Part shown: positions 44,384 through 53,530 of the stretch, piece after piece | Layout of the letters: each line of letters opens with the position of its first letter | Numbering within the stretch: position 1 is the first letter of the stretch | Position numbers and translations under genes: made by a program | Assembly: GCA_023436245.1 (NCBI GenBank) | Contig: JAEZJZ010000046.1 | Coordinates: 16,681-80,680, forward strand | Reading direction: 5' to 3' | Source of the DNA: Bacillota bacterium | GTDB lineage: Bacteria > Bacillota > UBA994 > UBA5500 | DNA: 64,000 nt | The notes under the pieces: model-generated | What the model was told of the DNA's origin: nothing | What the model saw: the letters and a program-made list of their open reading frames with translations, nothing else | Databases searched by the model: none

Positions 44384-45085
44384 TCACCTGTTGGCTGCGT
44401 CTGTCTGTCGGCGATAATCGGCCCATGCGTCTTTAGCTATCTCCAGGTAGGGATAGTCCGCATAGTCCTTGTTGAACAACAGGCCAAACCAACGACGCGC
44501 CTCGGCGTGCGCTCCGGTGCGCATACTGGTCTCGCCTAGCATGTGCAAGACCAGCGGCAGGTTGGCGTCATCCTTGCCACTGGAGTAGACATCCAGATAA
44601 TAGCGATTGGCAGCAGCCAGAAAGGCGACCTGCCGCTCGTCATCGTTGCCAAGCCGATGCAACCAGGCCAAGCGCATGCAAATCCCCGCCAAGTAAAGAG
44701 AATCCTCCCGCGCGCAGGAACCGGAGCGCAAAGCCAGTTCCAGGGCGAGAATAGCGTCATCGGCCGACCTTGCTCCCGAGAGATCCCCGCCTGCGGCAAA
44801 GCGGTACGGCTCATAGGCAGCCTTGACGGATGCCCGCAGCACCGGACTGACGCTGGCGAAGCTGTCCGAAAACGCAAAGCCGCAGGCTGGGCAAACACTG
44901 ATCTCGTAATAGTACGGAACCAGCCCGTTCCGATAGTACGTGCAGAGGTCGCTGTCCCTGCGGTCAACCCGCAGGTGACTGCTGAAGATGCGCTTGGTTG
45001 AGAACTCATGTTCGCACAGCTTGCAGGTGACGCCTTTATCGTAGAAGACGGCTCCTTGAACCATTTGGATACATCTTCCTTCCAT
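44384..45085 (-). CDS. DUF2225-like zinc-ribbon / TPR-like protein
   Basis: CKLCEHEF ... CPACGFAF zinc ribbon followed by a helical-repeat C-terminus. An alternative start at 45064 is possible. Confidence 0.65.
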   Translation of the reverse strand: MEGRCIQMVQGAVFYDKGVTCKLCEHEFSTKRIFSSHLRVDRRDSDLCTYYRNGLVPYYYEISVCPACGFAFSDSFASVSPVLRASVKAAYEPYRFAAGGDLSGARSADDAILALELALRSGSCAREDSLYLAGICMRLAWLHRLGNDDERQVAFLAAANRYYLDVYSSGKDDANLPLVLHMLGETSMRTGAHAEARRWFGLLFNKDYADYPYLEIAKDAWADYRRQTDAANR

Positions 45086-45149
45086 TCCTTACTTCCCTTC
45101 CCCATGGTAGCCCTCAGGCGGGGAGGAGTCCAGGAATAGGATGGAATTG

Positions 45150-45258
45150 GGCAAGAAAGCATGCTGCGGGATGGGCAGAGGCTCGGCATGCCGAGCCTCT
45201 GCGAAGCACAAACTGAACAGCCCCACATGCCGAGCGCTACGGAGCACAAGGTGAACCG
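45150..45258. repeat. REP-like units including a 26-nt perfect palindrome
   Basis: CAGAGGCTCGGCATGCCGAGCCTCTG (45176-45201) followed by CGAAGCACAAACTGAAC. A half unit CATGCCGAGCGCTACGGAGCACAAGGTGAAC follows, and GCATGCTGCGGG lies upstream. Confidence 0.8.
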
Positions 45259-45283
45259 TCCTGTGCAGCGGGCGTAGCAAGAA

Positions 45284-45307
45284 CAGCAGCCTCAGATGAG
45301 GCTGCTG
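45284..45307 (-). terminator. terminator of rsgA
   Basis: 10-bp stem CAGCAGCCTC / GAGGCTGCTG with a 4-nt loop. On the minus strand it is followed by TTCTT, 9 nt after the rsgA stop. Confidence 0.6.
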
Positions 45308-45315
45308 CCCTGTAA

Positions 45316-46362
45316 TCAAGCCTTGCGGTTTGGGCGCTGTTTAACCTGTTGCTTGAATGCCTTCACTCGCTGCTTCTCAGCCAGAGCAGCCTGCACGCTC
45401 TCCTTGCGAGCCAGGAAAGACAGCTCCCGCCCGAGCTTCAGATAGCTTTCATAGCGTTCCCGAGCCAACTCCCCGGAGCGAAGCGCCTCCTGCACCGCAC
45501 AACCGGGTTCCCTGGTGTGCGTGCAATCCGTGAAGCGACAACGGGCCGCGACTTCGTAAATGTCCTCGAAGGTGTTCTGCAGTCCGTCATCCGAGCCCCA
45601 AAGCTGCAACTCGCGCATGCCGGGAGTGTCGATCAATAGGCCTTTTGATGGCGTGACCAGCAACTGACGGTGGGTTGTGGTGTGGCGACCACGATCGTCA
45701 TCGGCGCGAATCTCCCCCACCCGCATCAGATCGTGCCCCAGCAGCCGGTTGATCAGGGTGGACTTGCCAGCCCCAGATGAGCCGAGAAAGGCTACGGTCT
45801 GGCCGTCTCCCAGGTAGGCGGACAGTTCAGGCAAGCCGGAACCGGTTAGGCAGCTGACGGCATGAACAGGCACCCCTGGAGCAACGGCCTCCACGGAAGA
45901 AACCGCAGCGTCAACATCGCAGCAGAGATCGCTCTTGCTCAGGATGACCGCCGGTCTGGCTCCGCTATCCCAAGCCAGCGTCAGGTAGCGCTCTATTCTA
46001 CGCACATTAAAGTCACCATTCAGTCCGCAGACGATGAAGACAGTGTCCACGTTGGCGGCAATCACCTGTTCTTCCGTGGTGACGCCTGCGACTTTGCGGG
46101 AGAACTTGCTCCGTCGCTGCAGCACCTGCTGAATGATCGCCTGGTCTTGACTCGGGACAGTGATCAGCACCCAGTCACCCACCGCCGGGTAGTCGCCACG
46201 CCCAACTGCTGCGTGGCGCAGCTTTCCCGAAACTTGGGCGAAGTGTTCTGCCTGCTCCGTCAAGACCACATAGCTCTGCCGATGTTCCTCCGAAATGCGG
46301 CCGATGCTCACGCCCGACGGCATATCCTGCAACTGCGCCGCAAAGTACTCATTCCATCCCAA
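45316..46362 (-). CDS. rsgA: ribosome small-subunit-dependent GTPase A
   Basis: Circularly permuted GTPase: LSKSDL (G4) precedes GSSGAGKSTLINRL (G1) and DTPG (G3). C-terminal zinc knuckle CRFTDCTHTREPGCAV. Confidence 0.9.
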   Translation of the reverse strand: MGWNEYFAAQLQDMPSGVSIGRISEEHRQSYVVLTEQAEHFAQVSGKLRHAAVGRGDYPAVGDWVLITVPSQDQAIIQQVLQRRSKFSRKVAGVTTEEQVIAANVDTVFIVCGLNGDFNVRRIERYLTLAWDSGARPAVILSKSDLCCDVDAAVSSVEAVAPGVPVHAVSCLTGSGLPELSAYLGDGQTVAFLGSSGAGKSTLINRLLGHDLMRVGEIRADDDRGRHTTTHRQLLVTPSKGLLIDTPGMRELQLWGSDDGLQNTFEDIYEVAARCRFTDCTHTREPGCAVQEALRSGELARERYESYLKLGRELSFLARKESVQAALAEKQRVKAFKQQVKQRPNRKA

Positions 46363-46645
46363 AGAAACTAGATTCAGTTTTGACCCTCCTTCAGCAATTG
46401 GTCAGCGGCGGATACCTCTCTGACGAATCACCCTGACAGATGAAGCTCCACCAAACGGATACGGCCGAAGAGCTACACGGCTCTTTGCTGACACAGCCAA
46501 CACTCCTTTGCTGTTGAGAATCCTTGCTAATCTTAGGGCAGATCGAAGTCGGGCGCTAGGCAGACAATCGTTAGGAATAGCTGTTTCCCCACCGAATATT
46601 GCGACATCAATCAGATTGGCCGGTTAATACCCGGGAATGCCGGGG

Positions 46646-46675
46646 TTGTGACGACCGGGTTCTCTCACCTATAAT
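46646..46675 (+). promoter_or_regulatory. candidate sigma-A promoter of rocD
   Basis: TTGTGA (46646-46651), 18-nt spacer, TATAAT (46670-46675), 38 nt before the ATG. Confidence 0.5.
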
Positions 46676-46713
46676 ATAAGCGAATGGTAAATATTATCAG
46701 AGGAGTGAGCCGG

Positions 46714-47907
46714 ATGAACCGAAGTAGCGAGATCATCGACCTGACCGAGAAGTACGGGGCGCGCAATTATCGTCCGTTGCCAATCGTGGTCGCCAGAGCA
46801 GAGGGCGCCTGGGTCGAAGACCCGGAGGGCAATCGTTATCTGGACATGCTCAGCGCCTATTCGGCCGTCAATCAGGGGCACCGTCACCCCAAAATCATGC
46901 AGGCACTGCTGGCTCAGGCCGAACGGGCGACTTTGAGCTCGCGAGCCTTCCACAACGACCAACTCGGCCTTTTCTACCAGAAAGTGAGTGAACTGACCCG
47001 CAAACAGATGGTGCTGCCGATGAACACCGGTGCAGAAGCCGTAGAGACTGCCCTGAAGGCGATCAGGCGCTGGGGCCACGAAGTGAAGGGTATTCCCCAG
47101 GACAAAGCAGAGATCATCGCCTGTGAGGGCAATTTCCACGGTCGCACCATCGCCGCCATCTCCATGTCCTCGGAACCTGAGTACAAGCGCGGGTTCGGGC
47201 CGCTGCTCCCAGGCATCAAGCTGATCCCTTACGGTGATGCCGCCGCTCTCAGGCAAGCGATCACGCCAAACACCGCCGGTTTTCTGGTGGAGCCGCTGCA
47301 GGGTGAGGCTGGCGTGCGCATTCCTGAACCAGGCTTCCTGCGCGAGGCCTACCGCATCTGTCAGGAGCAACAGGTGCTGTTTGCGGCGGACGAGATTCAG
47401 TCCGGCCTGGGTAGAACCGGTAAGCGCTTCGCCTGCGACTGGGAGGATGTAATACCGGATATCTACATCATCGGCAAGGCTCTGGGCGGTGGAGTGATTC
47501 CGGTTTCCTGCGTGGCAGCCGACGAGGATGTGCTGGGCGTGTTCAATCCGGGCTCCCACGGCTCCACCTTCGGAGGTAACCCATTGGCTTGTGCGGTGGC
47601 GGTGGCAGCCCTGACAGTGTTGGAGGAGGAGCAACTGGCTGAACGCTCCTTACGGCTCGGGGCCTACTTCTTGACACGGCTGCAGGAGATACCGAACCCG
47701 CTGATCAAAGAGATCCGCGGCCGCGGTCTGTTCATCGGCATGGAACTCTGCACTGCCGCCAGGCCATACTGTGAGCGCCTGATGCAACAGGGGTTGCTCT
47801 GCAAGGAGACCCATGACAATGTGATCCGCTTCGCACCGCCATTGGTGATCAGCGAAGCAGATTTGGATTGGGCGATCGATCGCATCCAGCGCGTGATGCA
47901 AGCCTGA
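46714..47907 (+). CDS. rocD: ornithine--oxo-acid aminotransferase
   Basis: GAGGAG SD before ATG 46714. [40 protein letters not shown] and the PLP-Lys context IIGKALGGG are present. Confidence 0.88.
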   Translation: MNRSSEIIDLTEKYGARNYRPLPIVVARAEGAWVEDPEGNRYLDMLSAYSAVNQGHRHPKIMQALLAQAERATLSSRAFHNDQLGLFYQKVSELTRKQMVLPMNTGAEAVETALKAIRRWGHEVKGIPQDKAEIIACEGNFHGRTIAAISMSSEPEYKRGFGPLLPGIKLIPYGDAAALRQAITPNTAGFLVEPLQGEAGVRIPEPGFLREAYRICQEQQVLFAADEIQSGLGRTGKRFACDWEDVIPDIYIIGKALGGGVIPVSCVAADEDVLGVFNPGSHGSTFGGNPLACAVAVAALTVLEEEQLAERSLRLGAYFLTRLQEIPNPLIKEIRGRGLFIGMELCTAARPYCERLMQQGLLCKETHDNVIRFAPPLVISEADLDWAIDRIQRVMQA

Positions 47908-48081
47908 GACCTCCGACTGAAACATCACTACTCGGATTGCGTATATATCCTTAGTCGTCAACAAAGCGTCAATTCTCAAACCATATCACAATAACCTGGT
48001 TATACCCGCTCTCTGAGTTGGACTGAGACTTGACGCCGCATGGCAAATCTAGGGCTGACAGAGGATTAGGGAGGAAACAGA

Positions 48082-49770
48082 ATGTTGCTTGCATTGATTG
48101 TGATGTGCTTCGGTCTGGTTAACTTACGCTTCGACTTACTGAAGGAGAACAGGCCCGTCTGGATCAAGGGACAAATCCGGAGACTCCTGATCGGAGTCCC
48201 CCTCTGTGCCCTCTGGGTGTACCTGACGCTGCCTGCCATGGTCAGCTGGGTGGGCTACACCGTCTTCCTGCTGCCGCTCGGCATCAACGCGTTCGTGACC
48301 ATGATTTCGCGCAGCGCCGCCGCCGCCAAAGGTCAGAAGGCATCGGCGCTTGGCGGAATCCAGCTGCTTATTCTGGCCTTTTCGCTGCTCATCCCCTTCT
48401 ACCTGAATGTGCTGGTGATCCCGTTGCAGGCCAGCGACTTGCGGGATGTGCCTACCGTGCAGGTAGTGGAGGATACGATGCCGGTGATGAACCCGGAGCA
48501 CGTCCGCCTGGTGCCGCTGGAGACGGCTCTCTGGAAGGCTCAAAAGACAGTGGGTGAACTCGGCACCGGTTTTGAGGTGGGCGCGCTCAGCGTGCAGATG
48601 GTAGACGGTAAGCTCTACTGGGTGGCGCCGCTGGAGTTTCGCAGCTTCTTTAAGTGGATGAGCTACAAACAGACGCCCGGATATGTCATGGTCGACGGGG
48701 AAGACCCGGACGCTCCGGCTGTCCTCAAACAGAGCGCTCTCGCTTATTCCCCCAGTGCGTTTTTCCACCGCGATCTGTCACGCCATGTCTACGCCAGTCA
48801 TTCCGATGTGCTGCTTCTGGAGGCCAGCTTTGAGTTGGATGAGCAGTTCAAGCCGTGGTATGTGATGAGCGTTGGTCGTCCGACCGTCGGCAAAACGGGC
48901 GAAGAGGTAACTGGAGTGGTTCTGGTTGACCCAGAGACGGGGGCACAGCAGGCCTACACTCTGGAGAACATGCCGGCCTGGATCGATCAGGTTATCCCTG
49001 AGTTCATCGCCGAACGACAGAACTACTGGTTTGGCCGCTACGTGCACGGCTTCTGGAACTCACTGTTCAGCCAGAAGGATGTCCACATCCCCACTGAATG
49101 GGCAGACGAGATCGATGTCTTCGGCGTGATCGGTGCAGATAACCAGTTCTACTGGTTCACTGGGCACACCTCGCCAGCGGCCCAGGATAACTCGCTGATG
49201 GGTTACACGATGATGGACGGGCGCAGCGGAACTATCTACTATTACCGCAACGCTGTCGGCTACTATAGCGAAGGGGCTGCTGTCTCCTCCGTGAACGCGG
49301 CTGTCTCCAACTACGCCGGCTGGCACGGTGCCCAGCCATTGCTTTACAACCTCTACGGTTCGGAATCCTACATCGTGCCGGTGCTCTCGGAGAATAACAA
49401 GCTGCAGGCGATCGGCGTGGTCAATGCCAAGACCGGGCAGACGGTGGTCCAGCCGACAAAGGCGGAGGCACTGCTTGTCTACAAGCAATACCTGGGCAGC
49501 GGCTTGGGTGACGCCATTCCCACCCAGACCGGGACGGTGACCACAGGCGAGGGCAAGGTTACCCGGATCGGTGCGGCCGTGGTCGGAGGCAACACCCTGT
49601 TCTACCTCTACCTTGAAGACTCGGAGCGCGTGTTCACGGCCAACGCCGGCGTCAGCCCGGAAGTGGCCTTGACGCAACCGGGCGACCAGGTGAGCCTGGG
49701 GTATCTGGACACCACCGAGACGACGGTGCCGCTAGTCAGCTTCGATAATCTGTCGTTGCCAGGTCTGTAG
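48082..49770 (+). CDS. membrane protein with a large extracytoplasmic domain, function unknown
   Basis: GGGAGG SD. About four N-terminal helices followed by a ~420-aa Trp/Tyr-rich domain. No family recognised. Confidence 0.75.
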   Translation: MLLALIVMCFGLVNLRFDLLKENRPVWIKGQIRRLLIGVPLCALWVYLTLPAMVSWVGYTVFLLPLGINAFVTMISRSAAAAKGQKASALGGIQLLILAFSLLIPFYLNVLVIPLQASDLRDVPTVQVVEDTMPVMNPEHVRLVPLETALWKAQKTVGELGTGFEVGALSVQMVDGKLYWVAPLEFRSFFKWMSYKQTPGYVMVDGEDPDAPAVLKQSALAYSPSAFFHRDLSRHVYASHSDVLLLEASFELDEQFKPWYVMSVGRPTVGKTGEEVTGVVLVDPETGAQQAYTLENMPAWIDQVIPEFIAERQNYWFGRYVHGFWNSLFSQKDVHIPTEWADEIDVFGVIGADNQFYWFTGHTSPAAQDNSLMGYTMMDGRSGTIYYYRNAVGYYSEGAAVSSVNAAVSNYAGWHGAQPLLYNLYGSESYIVPVLSENNKLQAIGVVNAKTGQTVVQPTKAEALLVYKQYLGSGLGDAIPTQTGTVTTGEGKVTRIGAAVVGGNTLFYLYLEDSERVFTANAGVSPEVALTQPGDQVSLGYLDTTETTVPLVSFDNLSLPGL

Positions 49771-49791
49771 ACTGTGCCGGCAAGGCAAAAG

Positions 49792-49836
49792 GCGTGTCGC
49801 AGAGCGTTCCCATGACGCACTGCGGCACGCTCTTTT
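49792..49836 (+). terminator. Rho-independent terminator
   Basis: Stem GCGTGTCGCAG / CTGCGGCACGC (one G-U pair) with a 17-nt loop, followed by TCTTTT. Confidence 0.6.
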
Positions 49837-49930
49837 CATTCAGACAATCAGATAGGAGAACCATCAACCGATCGCGGCGAACGTTGACTCAGCCAATGTC
49901 ATTGTGAAATGCAGGGATTCTCCGCCCACG

Positions 49931-50554
49931 TCATTCTGAGCGCAGCGAAGAGTCTCGGTCGGCTACGATCTTCACGGTGGGCTTCACCAGAAGATACTCA
50001 ATCCCGTCAGCATGCCAGATCTTCACCTGGAATGGCAAGGCCAGCAAAGCGCACAGTTCTGCCTCGCTGTACCCTTCAGCGGAAATGCCAGTCGCCCAAC
50101 TGATCACGAAGCCAGGGATCTGCCCTTGTTGTCGCTCCTGCTCTGACCAACTGAGCGGAGCCACGTCATAGCGAGGCGGAAGGCCGCGCAGCAACTGCAG
50201 CCAGCTACCCGTAGCCCACGGTGGGTTGAGGTAGAGCTGACCCGGCAAGAAGAGTAATGGCGCGTAGGCATCATCCAGCCTGGCGGTAGCCCAGACCCTG
50301 CGGATGACCCGGTCGGTCTTGTTCTCCACCCTGATCTCCGAGGTCAACTGCCCTGACCCCTTCAGTACCATGTTGGCCGATACCTGGAACAATGCACTTT
50401 CCGTCTGGAACTGCTCAGGCATGAACAGGAAACTGCGCCGCATTTGGCTGCCAATCACCTCGGGCAGAATCAGCAATATGGCCAGCAGAATGATGCTGCC
50501 GGCCAGATAGAGGTCGCGCTTGGTGCTACGCTCACCATTGACCAGATGTACCAC
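49931..50554 (-). CDS. membrane-anchored hypothetical protein
   Basis: Single N-terminal helix LYLAGSIILLAILLILP. The last ~9 codons are supplied by the repeat motif at 49940-49966. No family recognised. Confidence 0.55.
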   Translation of the reverse strand: MVHLVNGERSTKRDLYLAGSIILLAILLILPEVIGSQMRRSFLFMPEQFQTESALFQVSANMVLKGSGQLTSEIRVENKTDRVIRRVWATARLDDAYAPLLFLPGQLYLNPPWATGSWLQLLRGLPPRYDVAPLSWSEQERQQGQIPGFVISWATGISAEGYSEAELCALLALPFQVKIWHADGIEYLLVKPTVKIVADRDSSLRSE

Positions 50555-50705
50555 CTCCCGAACTGGACTTTGCTCCTCCAGACATCCGTCTTGGAAATGC
50601 CATCTTCCCCTCTATTCTCTGCTTTGGCGACTCTTTCCTACACAGAAAGTACTCAGAGGTTTACCCTTCAGTCATTGCTCAAGGAACAACGTAGCAACTA
50701 GGGAA

Positions 50706-50772
50706 GTCGGGCGCCATTCATGGCGCCGCTACAAACGCCCGTGGGCGTAGGGGTCGCATGCATGCGACCCGC
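50706..50772. repeat. REP-like palindromic units
   Basis: GGCGCCATTCATGGCGCC (50709-50726) followed by GCTAC, then CGTAG-GGGTCGCATGCATGCGACCC (50750-50770), identical to the 19816 unit. Confidence 0.8.
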
Positions 50773-50954
50773 GTGTCCCACCGCAGATCAACTGCCGACT
50801 CTCGCATGCCATACTCCGGGACCGCCACCCGGAAGGATACCAGACTCTCAGGCGCTCTCGCCTGCTCCGGCATGAGAGCAGGAATATGCTGGCGGCTGCG
50901 AGAACATACCCATCTGAACAATCGGTATATGATGCACACTAGGGAGGAATGGCA

Positions 50955-51986
50955 ATGCATCTGATTCCAGCTGTAGCCAGCTACTTGGGGTTGCAAGGCC
51001 AACTGAAGCAGGCGCTGACTGCCGACCACTTGCAGCTTCTGGCCAGGGTAGCTGAGTCACCCCTACCGCAGCGCTTGGCCAGCGACACTCTCCTGGAGGA
51101 ATTGCTGGAGATGCATGCTGTCAGACTGGACGATGGCTTGATCAAGCTGGCTACTGCCGTCTTTCTGGAGCAGGATGTAGAGCGCGTGACCGAGGTGGCC
51201 TCTTCTCTGGGGAAGAGTTTGGCCGAACGGTTGCTGGTAGATGGTCAGGAGCTGCTCACCGCTTCGCCCGAAATCAGAAATTTCCTGGGTGGAGTGATCG
51301 GGGCCGCCCAAGGCCCCTCCCGGCTGCTGCAGACCAGCGGCAACGCCGTCAACTGGCGGGCCTACACCGGCCGCTACGCCAGCACCAAGGTGGACTTTGA
51401 CCAAGACTGCCCGGCATTCTCCGCGCTGGGGCCGGAGCTGCAGGTAAAGAGCGTGCAAAAGGGCGACCAGTACACTGCCGTGTTCATCGGGCCCGGCGGA
51501 ACCACCTTTGTCAGTTTGCTGCGAGGGTTCTGCCCACCGGAGCAGCGGGAGTACCGCCAGCAGCTGCTGCGCTTCCTGACTGATGCGTATGGGCGCCTGC
51601 TGGCGGGAGAGCTAACCAGCAGCAGCCTGGCGCGGACGGCTGAGCAACTTGGATTCTTCCAGAACGGGCGACCTAGGCCAGTCCTGGTCACCCCAGCCAT
51701 CTATGCTCAGTACGGGGATGTGATCGAGCAGATCGCTGCGGCCTCGTCTCAACTCTACCTGGAGCAGATCAACCGGGTCTTCGCCTGCTTGCGAGAGACA
51801 GCTGCCGGCAGGCAAGGCGTTCCTCCCGAGAACATGATCATGCATTTCGGTCGCTACTGCCGCAAGGCCCTGGCCAAAGAGCTATATGCGGCAGGCTTCT
51901 TCACCGACGCGGTGCCAGAGCGAGGCAGCATCACTGTCTTCTATGCGAACAGCATCGGCCAGATAGGTGCATATCTCGGCGGCTAG
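50955..51986 (+). CDS. hypothetical soluble protein
   Basis: GGGAGG lies 7 nt before ATG 50955 (the ORF-track start 50949 is too close to the SD). 343 aa with no motif recognised. Lies directly upstream of an ECF sigma gene. Confidence 0.6.
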   Translation: MHLIPAVASYLGLQGQLKQALTADHLQLLARVAESPLPQRLASDTLLEELLEMHAVRLDDGLIKLATAVFLEQDVERVTEVASSLGKSLAERLLVDGQELLTASPEIRNFLGGVIGAAQGPSRLLQTSGNAVNWRAYTGRYASTKVDFDQDCPAFSALGPELQVKSVQKGDQYTAVFIGPGGTTFVSLLRGFCPPEQREYRQQLLRFLTDAYGRLLAGELTSSSLARTAEQLGFFQNGRPRPVLVTPAIYAQYGDVIEQIAAASSQLYLEQINRVFACLRETAAGRQGVPPENMIMHFGRYCRKALAKELYAAGFFTDAVPERGSITVFYANSIGQIGAYLGG

Positions 51987-52082
51987 CAGCGTGAAGTTTT
52001 CTGTCCACCACCCAACCAAATGGTCGACAGAGTCGTATCAGTAGCGGGCGATGCCATTTTGATTTCCGCTGGAGGTGAGGCC

Positions 52083-52658
52083 GTGCAGAGTGACGAGGAT
52101 CTCTGCCTGGAGATGCAGGCTGGTTCAGAGAGTGCGCTGGAGGTCCTGGTGCACCGCTATCATGGTCCGATCCACGGATTCATCTATCGCCAACTGCGCG
52201 ACGAGAACGCAGCTCAAGACCTGGTTCAGGAGACGTTCATTCGAATCTGCACCAGGATCAAGCAATACCGTTATCCCGAGCCGTTCAGGCCATGGCTCTA
52301 TCGCATTGCCCTGAACATCTGCCGAGACTATTGGAAGAGTTCCGCGTATCGCCAGAGACAAGAGGCCGATGAACTGCTGGAGACGACAGAGGACAACCAG
52401 GCCAACATCGCCAGCATCTACGACTGGCAGGAGACGCGAACTGAGGTGCGACAGGCGATTGGCGGTCTGCCGGAGATCTACCGCGAGGTGCTGATCCTCA
52501 GATTCTATCAAGATCTGAAGCTGGCCGAGATTGCGGAGGCCCTTGACCTGCCGCTGGGGACGGCCAAATGGCGACTGTTCAGGGCTTTGTCACTGGTCAA
52601 GCAGCGACTGACGGAAGGAGGAGTTAGCGATGACAGCCTGCGAGAAGGAGACGACTGA
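52083..52658 (+). CDS. ECF-type RNA polymerase sigma factor
   Basis: GGAGGTG lies before GTG 52083. Region 2 IHGFIYRQLRDENAAQDLVQETFIRI and region 4 LKLAEIAEALDLPLGTAKWRLFRAL. Confidence 0.88.
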   Translation: MQSDEDLCLEMQAGSESALEVLVHRYHGPIHGFIYRQLRDENAAQDLVQETFIRICTRIKQYRYPEPFRPWLYRIALNICRDYWKSSAYRQRQEADELLETTEDNQANIASIYDWQETRTEVRQAIGGLPEIYREVLILRFYQDLKLAEIAEALDLPLGTAKWRLFRALSLVKQRLTEGGVSDDSLREGDD

Positions 52659-53526
52659 TCTGGAACGAGCGCTTGGCTTCTCTCTGTCCGAGATCGGCGA
52701 AGAACTGAGCACAGCAGAGGCCCACGATTTGGAGCTGACCGTAGATCAGTTGAGCAGATACACAGTGGCTGCACCGACCACGGATGATACAGCCGGGCTG
52801 CTCAACGCGCTCAAGCAGAACCTGGCAACGGACGCAGTTCCGGCGCGCTGGCGCCGGGGGTTGCAGCCCCCATCCGGCACGGGCAGGCAGACCATCGGGT
52901 TGCTCAGCCTGATCAGGCCGCAGGTTTCCTTGCTCGGCAAGCCGTTCTGGTTGGCATCCGCCCTGGTCTGCGGCTTGGGCCTGATCTCTATCGGCACCAT
53001 CGGTGACATGCAGATGATTCCGCTGGTGATGCTCGCCCCACTGCTGGCGGCGGTAACAATCGTCTTCGCCTTCCAGAGCGGCGATGAGCGGGTACTGGAA
53101 CTGGAAACTAGCGTCGCCCTCTCCTGGCAGCAGCTGGCTCTTGGCCGCCTGAGCATCGTCCTGGCTGTCGACTGCCTCAGCCTCACTGCCATCTCCCTGC
53201 TGGCGGTGCGTCTAGTGCCGGAATTATCCCTCTGGTTGCTGCTGCTCAGTTGGTTCGCTCCCCTCCTACTCTGGGCCAGCCTAGCCCTTGCTCTCTCTTT
53301 GCGCTACGGCCACCTGGTTGGGCTGATAGGTGCCTGTGCCGCTTGGGGGCTGCAGGTCGTGCTCCGGTTCACTTACCCGCAGTTTGACCTGCTGCGAGTG
53401 GCGATCTCAGGCATTGATGTGCTCGTCCGGTTGGGCATGTTGGCGGTAGCCGCATTCATCTTGGTGGTCGCAATCCAGCAGGCAGGCAAGAACGGCCGCT
53501 GGATAGCTGCCCGCCTGCCACGTTAG
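52630..53526 (+). CDS. polytopic membrane protein, possible anti-sigma factor and/or permease component
   Basis: Overlaps the sigma gene by 29 nt. A ~95-aa acidic cytoplasmic N-terminus without an HxxxCxxC motif is followed by about six helices. Confidence 0.6.
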   Translation: MTACEKETTDLERALGFSLSEIGEELSTAEAHDLELTVDQLSRYTVAAPTTDDTAGLLNALKQNLATDAVPARWRRGLQPPSGTGRQTIGLLSLIRPQVSLLGKPFWLASALVCGLGLISIGTIGDMQMIPLVMLAPLLAAVTIVFAFQSGDERVLELETSVALSWQQLALGRLSIVLAVDCLSLTAISLLAVRLVPELSLWLLLLSWFAPLLLWASLALALSLRYGHLVGLIGACAAWGLQVVLRFTYPQFDLLRVAISGIDVLVRLGMLAVAAFILVVAIQQAGKNGRWIAARLPR

Positions 53527-53530
53527 CCGC

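Noticed and set aside
46363-46645. Possible riboswitch or sigma-54 control region in the ~350-nt spacer before rocD
   Set aside because: I found no TGGCAC-N5-TTGC element and no recognisable riboswitch core. The candidate promoter lies only 38 nt from the start codon, so most of the spacer is probably untranscribed. The solo TGTCGCAAT motif it contains is recorded separately.
46669-47634. 321-aa ORF on the minus strand
   Set aside because: It is antisense to rocD, which has the PLP-lysine and DEIQ motifs. It has no SD and an implausible composition.
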